Assembly (NCBI RefSeq): GCF_006345805.1
Contig: NC_043015.1
Location: 25,668,001 to 25,732,000 of the forward strand
DNA from: Octopus sinensis
Taxonomy: Eukaryota
DNA: 64,000 nucleotides
Direction of reading: 5' to 3'
Made by a program: the position numbers and the translations under genes. Positions 26,675-40,355 of the stretch are shown piece after piece. The notes beneath the pieces were generated by a model that saw nothing but the letters and a program-made list of their open reading frames with translations, was not told the DNA's origin and made no database searches. Position 1 is the first letter of the stretch, and the number at the start of each line of letters is the position of its first letter.

Positions 26675-28307
26675 TGATGCTCACACGTCTCCAGTCGTTT
26701 TTGTTCTACTTCGATCTGAAGAGGATCGTCTCTTGGCCTGGGTAGGCACCTCTAGCCAACTAACGATTCATCTCTAGACATCCGTAAACAGGAATTATTC
26801 TCTTCTTATTTTCTATGACTTTCGCAGTGCATTTCTAGGAAGACTCTTCTGTCCTCCCCCACCCACCAGTTTCCGAACGAAATTTCTTGTCAGTTTCCTT
26901 TTACTCCTCTGTTCTCGCCAATGACAAGTTCCAACGATTTGTTGTTCTGCCAGATGAGTCACATATCTTACTTAGTGGTAATGCGTGATGGCGACTTCAC
27001 AAAGTTGTAGAATCGGATAAAATGTTTTGTGTTATTTGTTACAGCTCATTTTGAGCAGAGTTCAAATCCGGTTTAGTTAACTTCGAGATTTATTCTTTCA
27101 TAGTCGATAAATATAATTTAATTTCGTACTATCTCAGGGAGGTGGATTTGAGGAATTATTAAAGCATTGGTTAAGAGGAATTATTAAAGCGTTGGTTAAG
27201 ATACTTTACTCTATTTCTCTGGCGCTTTACATTCTGAATTCAAAATTGTCTCAAGACCTTGATACCTAGGGCTATGCAGCCAACCACAGGAGTACACACT
27301 CAACTCACAATCAGCCATCGCAAATAGGCAATAGCATGATGATGCTTCATTCGTCAACAAGTTGTTGTTTTTGTTGCAAATGTTTATGGCTGCGTAGTTG
27401 ATGTTTGGTTGTTGATGATAGTGATTTTAGGTGAGGTGGTGACGGAGGTGAAAAAGGTATAGTTACCAAGCTGTTCTGGTTGCCTTCTTGCATCACCTCC
27501 GATGCTTACACTGACGGAAGTGACATATTATCTTTTGTAGCGGTTGTTACTGGCGCTAACTGTGATATTGGTTGTTGTAGTGCGGTTGGTGTCGTTGGTG
27601 TCGGTAGTGGAAGTGACATTACCCGTTGCTGAAGACACGCATCTAATGGAAGCGCTAAATGCTTCGCTGAGAGTGTAAAAGTTATGGTGCTGTCACCGAC
27701 TCCGTCTCCACCGTGAAAAGCATTGATTCTGTTATTCATGTCATTGATGTTGTTGCTGGTTTCGTCCGCATCTTCACCGCCATCAACGATGTCGATGGTG
27801 GTGGTGTTGCTATGGTGATGCGGCTGCTGCCATCATCATGGTAATGTTGTTAGTGTTACCGGTGGGGATGGCGGCAATCATCGGGGGAGTGAGTGGTGGT
27901 AGGAACGATGTTGTTTAAGCTTCCTATGACTCGGACCACCTCACCTCTCAACACTGTTTCCACCATTGATGCCATTATTGATTTTTAGAATTTTCAAAGC
28001 AAACCGCTTTTAGTTAATTTTCTCTTTTATTTTATCCTTTGAAACGGTGTAAAAGAGGTACTGTCAACCTCTCCCAGCACTCGCTGTCAGTTCCGCCAAA
28101 TAAATAAATAACAACGAGAGAGTTAACAATGAATTCCCTATTCAACCAAAAGATGACAATTCTAACAAAACTAGTGGAATGGCAAAAGTACATGGCAAAT
28201 TCTCCAGAAAAAACAACAACAATAACAATAGTAATAGCTCCTCTCTTATTTTGCCACTGGGACCAATTTATACATGCAACAAAGTGCAGGGCTATAAAGA
28301 CATGTGG

Positions 28308-28366
<59 letters not shown>

Positions 28367-29299
28367 GTATGTGTGTGTAATATTTTACTTGTTTCAGTTA
28401 TTAACCTGCGGCCTCTCACCTACCTTAAATTCACCTCTACGCACTATCCTTCCACACATCCTTCACACCAACTGCATTTCATGTCACACTTGTTCTAAGC
28501 TTATCTCAGTACAGAGATACCTTCCTATACATACACTCTCTTTACCACATTCCAACCCGGCCTTTAGTTATTTTTTTTACTTCCTACTTTTTCCCCTTCT
28601 TTCCTTTATTTTCTTTTTCTGTTGAAGGACTAGCGTTATCAAGAGTTATATTAACAATTTTGTTTAAAACTTGTCTATCAATTCTAGCTTTACTAGTTTT
28701 TGCGCATTATATTATATACAAAGGAATATAGATAAAACAAAACAAAGGTCAATAAACCCATGAATGAGAAACCGCCAGCAAGATTATAGTACAGCATTCC
28801 ACGCCGCAGACGATATATATTTTATATATTTATTTAGGATTTATATATTTTATTTAGGAAGTACCGATGTTTCTTCACAAAACTTCCAACAGTTCTGAAG
28901 GTGAGTAGGAAGAAAGTTCCCTCAGAAGGATATCTGGTCTGGATACTTGCAATAGAGTGAAATGGACAAAAGACAACCACGACGGCCAGATGATGGACTT
29001 AGAAGCCGGAAAGGCCTTTGAGAACAGCAGTAACAGTAACACCAGCTCCAGTTTCCACAACCTGTTTGTCGTATATGAAACACAGAGGACTTTTTCAGGA
29101 AAGATAAATTCATGACCAAGGGACAAACATTTAGACTCTTTCATGTCCACAGATATAAGACTTCATGAATCGAAGTCCCCTGTAAAAGGATTTTTTTTTT
29201 AAATGTGACTTTTCCATCTTGTAAAACGCGTTTGTGTATGCGTGCGCAAATGAAACAAATATATTCTTTATAAAAATTATGTTTTTTGAAAGTCTGATA

Positions 29300-32050
29300 T
29301 GTATCTTCGAAGCAGTAATTATTTTTGTTTCAACACACAGTCTTATAAATTAATCACTTGCCAGTTGAGTATACCTCAGAAAATCTTTTGATCCATTTGT
29401 ACCTTTTTTCTTTGATATTCTTTATATTCCCCTTTTCATTGAAGTGAACCGGCGGTTTGTTTTTTTTTATAAATAAAATTAGATATCATGCTATCAGCTT
29501 CCACACTTCTTTTGTTATATTTTATACTAGGCTCATTGCAATTATACTTCCATCATTCGTACTAAAGGTTATGATTTACTTTCATATAAGTTTTGTAGAA
29601 ATTCTATGACAAATACATCTTCATTTTATTTATTTTCCCCACATTCATATTCTAAGATAAACTATCAGTAGGGAACATCATTTATCCTTATTGCACTTCA
29701 CGTGTCTTTTCTTTTTTTTCTGGTTAGTGCATTTTGTTTGCTTCTCAAAATACCATTTTTCATCACTCTCTTACATCTATATCACAATAAAGTAAACATT
29801 TTTTTTTTCCTTTTCATCGACTGTTCACTGATACAATTAACTCTTATTATACGTTGTGGTACAGACTTGTGTTTTTCTATACATTTTCATGGATAAAGAA
29901 AAACCATTGGAAAGACAAGGTTAACACTAACACAACTAAAAACAGTGACGGAGATGAGAGAAATGTTGCCTGCCTTCAAAGCGCTGCGTACGTCTTTATC
30001 ATAAGATGTTTTATGAATTTGCGGGAGATATAGAAAACGTGCAATGTTTTCTAAAGACTTTGTTATTTTTAACCCAAATTGTTTCACAAATCAGTACATT
30101 CTCCTTTCAGATGTTGGGAACGGCAATGGAAACTGCTGTTCCAAGTATTCATAGAATTACCGTTAGATATTAACTAATCGTATCTTATGTTGAATTTAAA
30201 TAGACACCGAAACGACGCCAGCGGATTTTGAAGCGTTTCTTCTCATAAATTTCAAGACGTGATTTCGAAATCATACATAATTTTGGATTCTTTCAAAATT
30301 ACAATTTCTCTCCGGCGGACGATTATCGATTGCTTAATTTTAAGAAATGTTTGTAATTTAGAGAACAGTTTCTCACCAGTGACGTCACAGGGGTTACTGT
30401 CAGAATAGCAACAGATAAAACAGTGATTTATTCGATGCTCTAACAGTTCTGCCAATTCAGAGACAAACCTCCATGAATATCCTAGACACGTTTGTAGAAT
30501 ATGAAAATGTTTGAAGGCCTCATCAGAAAATATATAAGAGCTTTGTTTCAACAAAGGCATACATACATAGATACATACATAGGGATTCATTATTATTATT
30601 ATTGAAGCTACAACAATCGTACCTTCTGAGCTGGAGCCAAGTATTTGGTTTCTTGATAAGAGAATAAAATTCCTTAAACCATACGCTACAAATGATCACG
30701 ATATCCGAGATAATAATTATCTATAAGACCTTTTTTAGCATCTAAACGATGATGAAAATAAATAAAGAAAAGTTACTTATCCACAACTTTGGTGCCAAGC
30801 AGGTGGCCTATCAAAATTAGCACAAAATTAAAAAGAGTAACACAAATCATAGATATAAACATACATCTATGCATACAAATATCAGACGGAAACTTGAGGT
30901 GTAGGTGCAGAAAGTTTTGTGAAAGGTCGAGGCATTACCAAGTGCATGAAACATAAGTACCTAAATAACAAAACAGAACACACAGACGAATAGCTTATAG
31001 TATCTATGTGTGTGTGTGTGATTGTGTGTGTGTGCTTATATTGATGGGCAGAATTTGTATTTGTATGCATGTGAGTAACGTGAATGTATACATACGCATG
31101 AAGATTATCTAGTCATATGTATATATTTATACATGCGAATATGTGTGTATATGTGTGTGTGTCTTTGTATGTGCGTGTGTCTGTGTATATATGTTTATGC
31201 GAGTATCTTATACGAAACTTGAGTATATTTTGTTATAGATTTTGTAAGACTCTTGGAACTGCGCAGAAATTATATCTTGGTCTTTGAACAGAAAAATACA
31301 AAGTACAAATCGTAGGTGTTAATAAACATCTAGTTTATACACACACACACACAAACACATACACACGTGTGTGTATGGATACAAATACATACGTGCACAT
31401 ACATATACATTTCTGTGAAGTATTTATTTTTATGTGTGTGTGTGTGAGTATGTATGAGTCTGTGTGTGCATGGTTTGTTTTAGGTGTGTGAGGCAGTATG
31501 AGTTTAAAAATAAGAAAAAAATATGTAATACTCGCTTATTTGTTGTAATGATGCTGTTACTCTCCGGTTAGTAAACTTAATTTAGTACAAGGGCACGACG
31601 TAGTGAGAGTTGATATAACGATGATTGCATTTGTTTTTCATGCACTCCTGTCAACAAGAACGTAAAAGACATTCTCTGTGGGAGTTTGTGTCGGACACCA
31701 TTATTTCTTCAGTTGATTTTGCTCTGACAGCAGTAGACTACCAAATACTGTATACATTTATTGCTGTGAACTGAGGCTTTTGAAGCTGGAATTACTTTAA
31801 TACAAGTATGCAAAGCAGAGACAATCACTCCAAGTATCTACACATGTATTTTTGACAAGCTAATTTTTCACATAAGAAATTCTCCAAAGAGAGTTTGTTT
31901 GCAGATCAAAGTAAAATTCTGCAGCAAATGCTTTTCACTTAGCAGTTTTTAGAAGCGTGTTAAAAGTAGATGAAAGGACATATACCCCAAGTACAACTCA
32001 GTTTAACTCTTCAGGCAAATTTGCATGAATATTCTTGCGTTATTATCGAG
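29300..32050 (-). pseudogene. Possible decayed LRR-transmembrane (Toll-like receptor-like) gene interrupted by microsatellites
   Basis: LRR-like peptides on the minus strand in consistent order: FYFDLQTNSLWRIS and SNSSFKSLSSQQ (about 31.7-31.9 kb, manual); YIFSDEAFKHFHILQT and EKLFSKLQTFLKIK (track ORF 30252-30590); ALKAGNISLISVTVFSC (track ORF 29887-30087); then TLL*YRCKR and a weakly TIR-like EDVFVIEFLQNLYE near 29.6 kb. Many stops and frameshifts. Confidence 0.35.
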
Positions 32051-32859
32051 GGTTCCTTAATTCCTTATGGCGCACTAAACATTTATTTAGGATAATTTGA
32101 ATGTAAGTCATACCTGTCTTCATAAAATGTTTCCGCCTCGATCACATAATTTACGTGTTCATACAAAGTAGATGAACAGGTTTATCTGATTTCGTGTTTT
32201 TTGTAAATTGGCAGTGTCTATGGAAATAGTGAATTGGTGAATAGCGTTGGATACGAAGCATCACGGTATTTGTTCCAAATGTCTGCGCTATGGGATCAAA
32301 TCCCGCCGAGGTCAACTTTGTCATTACCCTTTCGCTGAGGACAAATACTTCACTAAGTGATTCGTTGGAACAACGAAAAGCACACTGTTCCGGATTTTTT
32401 AATACTGATTTCAAATCTAACGACGGCCTACGTGGATGGTAGACTTAACCGTTCGTACGGTTTGCTTGGGTGACTTTAACTGAGTCCTCTATTGGAAACA
32501 TTCGGACCGTTAAGTCCATGGCTTCAGGATATTTCCTTCCATTAGTCTAACCTACCATCTAAAGGGTCGTGGACACTGCCTTCCGTAACAATTAAAATGG
32601 CCACCACGTGTAATTGTCTGCGTTAATAAAACATAGCCGTTCTATCTGAGGGGAAGAAAACAATGAGAACATTACCCTCTTTACTACCCACGGAAATGTC
32701 GACAATGTGAGTTGATCAAGTCATTTAGTTTTGAAGCGTTTCAAATTATCGTAATAGGCATCAGAATGCACTTTAAGTAAATGAAGTGAATCACGTTGTT
32801 AGCACATGCACTCCAATGTGCTTTCTCCCCTTCTCTCTCTCTCTCTCACTGAATCTTTA

Positions 32860-32930
32860 TTTCTGTCTATATACACATGTACATAATATACATATATTTA
32901 TATATTTGTGTATACATATACATACGCATT

Positions 32931-33012
<82 letters not shown>

Positions 33013-33440
33013 CATATATATATACATACACACACATATATATAGATTCATATATACACATACATATATATATATATATGTACATATAAATACACACATA
33101 TATAAATATATATGTATTTATGAATATATGCATATATACATATATACACAAATATGTATATATATATATATAAAAGTGTATAAGTTTGTATATATGTACA
33201 TATATATTTGTGCTTATACATGCATACATACACAAACATGCATATATATACACATACATATGCATACATATATTTATATATACACAAAAATATATATCCA
33301 CATATATACAAATGTATCTATACACATGTATATATATATGTGTGTGTCACAATGTGTGTGTGTATATATATATATATACATACATATATGTACTTATTTA
33401 TATATATATATGTTTTATATACACCTACATATAAACTTAT
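32860..33440. repeat. Compound (TA)n/(TACA)n microsatellite
   Basis: Direct sequence. Confidence 0.95.
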
Positions 33441-34899
33441 AAAACTGTATGCAAGTGTTTATTTATTTGCATGTGTTTGTGTTGTTTTAATGGATATTAT
33501 CGCGTGTTGCCAAAAAGTAAAAGTTCTAAAAAGTGAACAATCAAAAATAGAAAAGAAACAAAAAAAAAAAAACGCAAACCCAGAAATTGCAAATTTGTAA
33601 AATGTTAGTGCAGTAACTCGTGGTCTGTTCAACCTGGGAATAACGGGGAATATTTACACACGCATACAACTAAAACGCCTTATTTGAATTGAAACAGCGC
33701 AGTTCCACATTCGTGAATACTCGAAGACTCCCATATACACAGAACCACACAGGCACGCCTATACGCATCATACATGCAACATAAAAACATGCAGCGACTT
33801 TCTCACATACGCTTCGGTACAAACATACAAATACACAGGTTCTTTCTCTCCCTCTTTCACATACTTACGCACATAAACACATGCACCAAAAACAAAAAAA
33901 AATAATATTAAATAAATAAAGCGAGTGGGGGCGGAATATCTTCAAACGTTCAAGCACAGTTCAATATAAATTCCATTATCATCAAAACCATCAATTTTAT
34001 TATCATCATCAGCACAATTATCGTGTTCATCATCATAACTCTCACCGCCATAATTATTTCTATCGTCGCTGTCGTTGCCACCATCACTACAACCAGCACT
34101 ACCACCCCCAACACCATCGCCGCCGCTTCAGCCGCCGTCATCGACATCAGAATTATTTCCGTTATTATCTTGGCTAACACTAACATTATCGTCAGTATCT
34201 ATCTACTGCCACCACCACCACAACGGTAGATCACATACGTCGTTGTAATCATTTCCTTCATCATCAACATCATTACTTCCACCACCATGTTATTATCTCC
34301 ACTATGATGTCGATGATGCTAGTGGTGGCGATAATACTCGCCATCATCATCACTTCACACACTTCCACCCCTACACTACCATCACATTCAACATCCTCAT
34401 CGTCGTTGTTGTTATTTGCATCTTTTATACTAACATCAGCATCATGTTAGCCCCATCCACAACGCGATCACCGCTTTCATCACCATCACCCCCCCCTACA
34501 CACACTACCAGAAAAATATGTGGTGTGAATATGACACCACTGGGACCCGAAATAACATCAGTCATTCCTTCTCTTCTTCAAAAGCCCACCTCTTGCCCTA
34601 CTCAATTATTAAATCATTGGCTTCTTTCTGAACAGACAGAATGGCTTAATATTCCAAAGAGAAATTTCACTGGAAGTGTGTTTCTGTGTATCAGAAGTAC
34701 ATTGCGTGTAATCTGAGTGCATTGCTCCACTTTCTATTGTAAATAGCTTTCCAAGAATTGGAAAAGCATTTTTCTTAGTCTTTTTCGGGGATTCAGGTAT
34801 GGAAAGCAGGAAGTTTTACTCAAACAGTGAAGGCCTCACACCATTGCTTGCAATTGTGTAGTCCTCGGACAAAGCCATTCAAATGTCAGATGGTGACGT

Positions 34900-35480
34900 T
34901 AAACCTGTCTGCCAGCGTATTTGTTAACTTGCTGTCAGACAAAGCCTTTCGTTTTGCGCTCTGTGTACTAAAAGCCTTCTGAAGAGCTTGTGCTCAAATG
35001 CTTGGATTCTTCACTACCTGTCAACTGTAAATGTTCAGCTGTCATATCCATACAGAGGGATCGAACTCACCAGGCTCTGTTACACTCTGAGTCTTGTCGG
35101 AAAAACACTAATGGAATTGCCTTTTCGTATTTTGCTCAGCTTCGTCATGGCAGAAGAGGTTGAACTGAGTCTTATTACCTCCATCTGCCGTCCTTGCGCA
35201 GGTAAAATGACGAAAGGTTGCCTATTACGGTCATGTATCCCGCCACAACTCCCTGCTCCAAATCATTCTTCAGGTCATAGCTGAGTTGGGGCGAAAGTTA
35301 GACTGACAGAAAAAATCCTGGTCTGACAGCATCAAGGATGAAACAGGTCACTACAGAGAGCTTGATTCGCATGACAAACAACAGAGGCCAGAAATGACGG
35401 CTGACTATGAAAGTGCCAAGAGTGGCATCGCAACGACTAACTGCATCAGTTAAGGGGTCTTGATGATGATGATGATGGCG
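34900..35480. mobile_element. 5'-inverted RTE LINE 3' end with (GAT)n tail
   Basis: Minus strand 35180 to 34900: SAMTKLSKI...SIPLYG...IQAFEHKLFRRLL..YTERKT...YAGRQ. Plus strand from 35181: VLAQVK*RKVAYYGHVSRHNSL...KKSWSDSIK, then a GAT tail at about 35461. Confidence 0.8.
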
Positions 35481-37016
35481 GTGGCGGTGGTGGTGGTGGT
35501 GGTGATGAAGATTTTAAACCACTTGACAAATTAAATCTACGAAATAAGATCTTGAAACAGTGCCTCCAAAAGGCTTCTAAACAGTTTTCATCTACAAATT
35601 GTCGTTCCTATTTCGTAGGAGCATACATTTGTCTATGTGCTGCTGAGTAGAACCGAACTTAAACCAAGCTAGTTATATGAATTTGTTAACCACGCAGATA
35701 TAACTGTCTTTTTAGTGAAGAAAAGGGACAGTGACTTTGATTCACGCTAGAGTCTCCAAGATATTCAAGGAACGAGGCAGGAAAGTATCCTCAACCTCAA
35801 AATCTAGCCCGGACTTTTGCGACAGAATCGACATGACTAAAGTCAGTGGTGTGAAATAACTTGCAGCATAAATGAAATGAGCCCGCTACAGTCATCCCAA
35901 ATCACGGAGCTGAAGATCTAACTTATTAACTCCACAGCGACGTTTGCAGTTTCAGGGAAAGCTTAGAGATATAATGGAAAAGAATTCAGTTTGACTGAGG
36001 ATTGAATCGGTGGTCGTGCTCTCTGCTTGTCGAGTACGGTGCTTAAATCTTGCTTTTCGGCGATTTCCACACTCAAATCAGATATTAATCGATTTTGTTT
36101 GATCAGAATAAAATGTCGTCAGGAATAACCATCAATTATCTACATTGTCTTTACATCTCGATCATAAATCAAATGTTCATTCTAAATTAATTGATTTCGT
36201 TTGTACAGTCGGGACTGAACTCTTGGTTTCAGCGTTAATTATACACATTAATAATTAGTGATATGGGATATTATCTCGGCTAACCTAAGTACACGGCAAA
36301 GTGAGAAACATAGTTGATTCTGAGGCGCTTCTCGTAACTAAAACGGTGATTATTATATCATCATTATATTATCGTGATCAGATAGATGAAACGTTAATGT
36401 CGACGAATGTGGAATGAAAAATAAATAAATAAAGCCACAGGAAATCTCTGCTCAAGACTGACTCTTGAACTATATTATATAGTCTTGTTCAAAAGGAATC
36501 AGTTTGGCCAGAAATCTGAGAGTGTTAGAGATAGAACCACGGAAATCAAATAGAATTCGAAATTACTCAAACTACAACCATGCTGATTAGAAGTGAAATC
36601 AATTAAAAGCAAACATCAATCAAATTCTAAGACCTCCTGTTCGAAATCTAATTTTCGTGTCACGTAAGAAGAGGCGAAGCTTATGCCAGATAGAATGGAC
36701 TGAAATCAAAATTCTAAAAGATTCCAGAGAATTATATCAAGTAAACTCTAGGTCAACAATAAGTTTAAGGTTAATGATATGAAGAAAAGAACATGGGCTT
36801 TTATTGCCTGTGTTTTTTTTTTTACTGTGGGTGCCACGTGGATGGGGATACACTGCTCGATGACTACTTATTTTGTAAGAAAGAGGCTGAGAGAATCAAA
36901 GCTTCTTTGATCTGTAAACCATGCGAGGGGACTGTAAATTTCAGTTCGACCAAGTGATAAAAATATTGCATGATTAGTCGATAGAAGAAGATGGCTACGG
37001 AAATTCTCTTTTATCT

Positions 37017-37069
<53 letters not shown>

Positions 37070-37115
37070 ATATATATATACACACACACACATATATATA
37101 TATATACACACACAC

Positions 37116-37158
<43 letters not shown>

Positions 37159-37159
37159 T

Positions 37160-37192
<33 letters not shown>

Positions 37193-37194
<2 letters not shown>

Positions 37195-39099
37195 ACTTCA
37201 GCAAAAAAGAATGGGCTGAGCTGAACAATATAAAACAAGACAAAACAATAACAATCAAAGAGGCCGATAAAGGGAGTGCAGTTGTCTTAATGGACACGAC
37301 ATTTTACATAACTTTAGTACTATCTATGTTGGAAGACACACCATATTATGAAAAGGCACAAAACTACAGTCAACAAAAAATAATGAGGGAACTAAAATCC
37401 ATGTTAAACCCATACAAAGAAGGGCTCACCGACAAAGAATATGACTATATGACCAATTTCACAAGTAAAACCAGCCAATTCTACGGTATTCCTAAGATAC
37501 ACAAAAGTGAGAAAATAAGTAACGCATTCAAGATAGCCACAGACAAAATAATTAAAGTCCCTAATCCTAATGACCTCAAATTGAGACCCATAATAGCAGG
37601 TCCCGCATGCGAAACCCACCGCCTCAGTAACTTTTTAGACACCCTGTTAAAACCACTCCTTAAACATGTCAAAAGCTATATAAGGGACGGCTTGGATATG
37701 CTCAATCACCTGCCTAATACTATAAACAAAAACACCCTACTAGTAGCCTTCGATGTAGTCAACCTCTATTCCAATATCCCCCACAACCTAGGAATAGAGG
37801 CAATTCAATTCTGGCTAGAGAATCACGCCAACGAATTCCCACATCGCATAAAAAAGAATTCGTGATAGAAGGGGTTAAATTCATCCTGGAAAATAACTTC
37901 TTGGCCTTCAAAGACAACTTCTACCGACAAAAATCGGGGACGCGAATGGCCCCCTCCTTTGCCAACCTCGTCATGGGATATCTAGAAATCAGTCTGTATC
38001 GTAAGGTTCTAGAAATATATGGCAGTCCTTTCTGCCTCTACATAGAAAACAACTGGAAGAGATACCTAGATGACTGTTTCATTCTTTGGCATGAAAATAT
38101 AGAGAAACTCAAAGAATTCCAAGCAATTTTAAATGGGCTGGACGTAAACATCCAATTCACGATGGAATATAGCCAGCAACAACTCCCCTTCCTCGATATC
38201 CTCATTAAGAAATCTAATAATATAATAGAAACAGATTTATACTATAAGCCTACAGATTCTAAGCAATATCTTCCATTCAATTCATGCCACCCCAGACACA
38301 CCAGAATGAATATCCCCTTCAATCTAGCAAAAAGGATATGTACTATAGTTTCTAATGCAAACGCTAGAGACACACGACTACAAGAACTAAAAGATACCCT
38401 CATCACCAGGAACTACCCACCTTCACTTATTGACATATGCATTCAACGTGCCCTTCAACTCAACATCCAGGAACTCAGACATCCCAAATCAAAGAAAAAT
38501 TTACGACCAAAAGCCTTACCATACATCTCCACACACAACCCTCTCAACAATGAAGCCTTCGACACCATCCTCCAAAACATACCCCTGCTAAAAAAAAAGA
38601 CCACAGAACGAACACAATCCTCCAAACACACACGATCATAAAAAGCAAGAGACGGCCTAAATCTATGAAAAGTCTCCTAACACAAGCCCGAATACGCTCT
38701 TCAACACAGAAACCGACAGTAAAAAAATGTAGAAGACCCAGTTGCGGGATATGCGATTATCTAATTGAGGGATCAGAATTCTCCTTCAAGCAGGGTCAAC
38801 GGTTTACTGTGAAAAGCAACTTCACATGTGCTTCGGAGAACCTGATATACACACTAACATGCTCTGAGCGTCAAGAGCAATACATAGGCCAAACAAAAAA
38901 TAGTTTGCGTAAAAGAATGGCCCTGCACAGATCCCAGATAAAAATTCCCCAAAACAGAAAAATAGCATTCAGCCAGCACATAGATATTTGCGCCAACAAC
39001 AAAACACCAAGCTTCAGGATTTTCCCCCTCTACCAATCCAGGGACGATACAACCTCGAGCCAACGAATAAGTAAAGAAACTCTCTTTATTAAAAAATAG
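37193..39099 (+). pseudogene. Disrupted RT + GIY-YIG ORF of the Neptune-like PLE (track pieces 37290-37865, 37862-38641, 38665-39099)
   Basis: Two frameshifts at A-runs; motif B reads QKSGTRMAP (AMGT missing); the EN CxxC reads CSER. Confidence 0.88.
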
Positions 39100-39333
39100 A
39101 GGCCCCTTCTGAACGGGTCTATAACAAACGATATATCCACCTCGGCTTTAGAATAACACAAATACACACGCAAATATTACATTCCTAAGAATCCATTAAA
39201 AATCAGCCCCAATCACAGCTATAACCCATAACGTGCCAACTTTAAGCCATACAACACCTCACTACTTCCACTCATTCACATTCCCCCTTCTCTTTCTTCT
39301 TCTTCATCATCATCATCATCATCATCATCGTCG

Positions 39334-39385
<52 letters not shown>

Positions 39386-39407
39386 CATCTTCTTCTTCTT
39401 CTTCTTC

Positions 39408-39446
<39 letters not shown>

Positions 39447-39851
39447 TTCTTCTTTTTCTTCTTCGTCTTCTTCTTCTTCTTCTTCTTCTCCTCCCCCTTC
39501 TACTTCCTAACTTTATCACTAATGCTTTTTAGTATAACACCTACGCAAATTCTATAAACAAACCTTTCAATAGAAATATTCTCATGAATTGAACAGCAAC
39601 TGCTAGCCGCCACTGGCCACTCAAAATACGACAATCAAGGCACTCCCAAATTTCCTCCCCCCCTTCTCCTCATCCTTCTTCTTCTTCTTCCCTACCAAGA
39701 ATTCACAACAACCTCGAACCCTCAGGTGTGAACAAAAGAGACAGAGAAAGGCAGAAACAAGGAAAATGCCACTTATATTTGAACACTATACAAATATTAT
39801 TTAAAAAAAACTTTTCTTTTAATTTTTCTAAATTTAATTATTTAATCGTTA

Positions 39852-39889
39852 CAGTTGAAAAGGTCTCAAAATGACTGAAACCGGTACTG
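39852..39889 (+). ncRNA. Minimal type I hammerhead ribozyme motif with mutated core
   Basis: CAG-TTGAAAA-GGTC-TCAAAAT-GACT-GAAA-CCGG-TA-CTG: stem I CAG/CTG, stem II GGTC/GACT, 1-bp stem III with palindromic CCGG loop; core TTGAAAA instead of CTGANGA. Confidence 0.7.
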
Positions 39890-39937
39890 AAATGTTCTTT
39901 ATAAAATTATTTTAGCATTTTCTATCTTGACTTGTTT

Positions 39938-39979
<42 letters not shown>

Positions 39980-40029
39980 GTATAAAGATGTGAGTGTGTG
40001 TGTGTGTGCATATATTCTTTTCTACTCTA

Positions 40030-40355
40030 GGCACAAGGCCCGAAATTTTTGGGGAGGGGGCCAGTCGATTAGATCGACCCCAGTACGGAATTTGAACTCA
40101 GAAAGACAGGTGAAATACCTATTTCTTTACTACCCACAAGGGGCTAAACACAGAGAGGACAAACGAGGGCAGACAATCGTATTAAGTCGATTTTATCGAC
40201 CCCAGTGCGTAACTGGTATTTATTTAATCGACTCCGGAAGGATGAAAGGCAAAGTCGACCTCGGCGGAATTTGAACTCAGAACGTAGCGGCAAATCAAAT
40301 ACCGCTAAGCACTTTGCCCGGCGTGCTAACGTTTTTGACAGCTCGACGCCTTATT
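40030..40355 (-). mobile_element. Composite SINE copies
   Basis: GGATGAAAGGCAAAGTCGACCTCGGCGGAATTTGAACTCAGAACG core; same variant segment as at about 18650. Confidence 0.85.

Larger units (their letters stand above)
37193..39940 (+). mobile_element. Penelope-like element, Neptune-like, 5'-truncated and frameshifted, flanked by (TA)n on both sides
   Basis: ITIKEADKGSAVVLMD, FDVVNLYSNIP, WKRYLDDCF, LPFLDI, YYKPTD...YLPFNSCHP, a CRRPSCGIC linker and NLIY..C..QYIGQT..LRKRMALHRS GIY-YIG; hammerhead-like motif near the 3' end. Confidence 0.92.

Noticed and set aside
28858-29120. Exon-like segment (TTTAG acceptor, GTGAGT donor at about 28901, open frame downstream)
   Set aside because: No partner exons, no recognisable protein, and an in-frame stop; cannot be supported.
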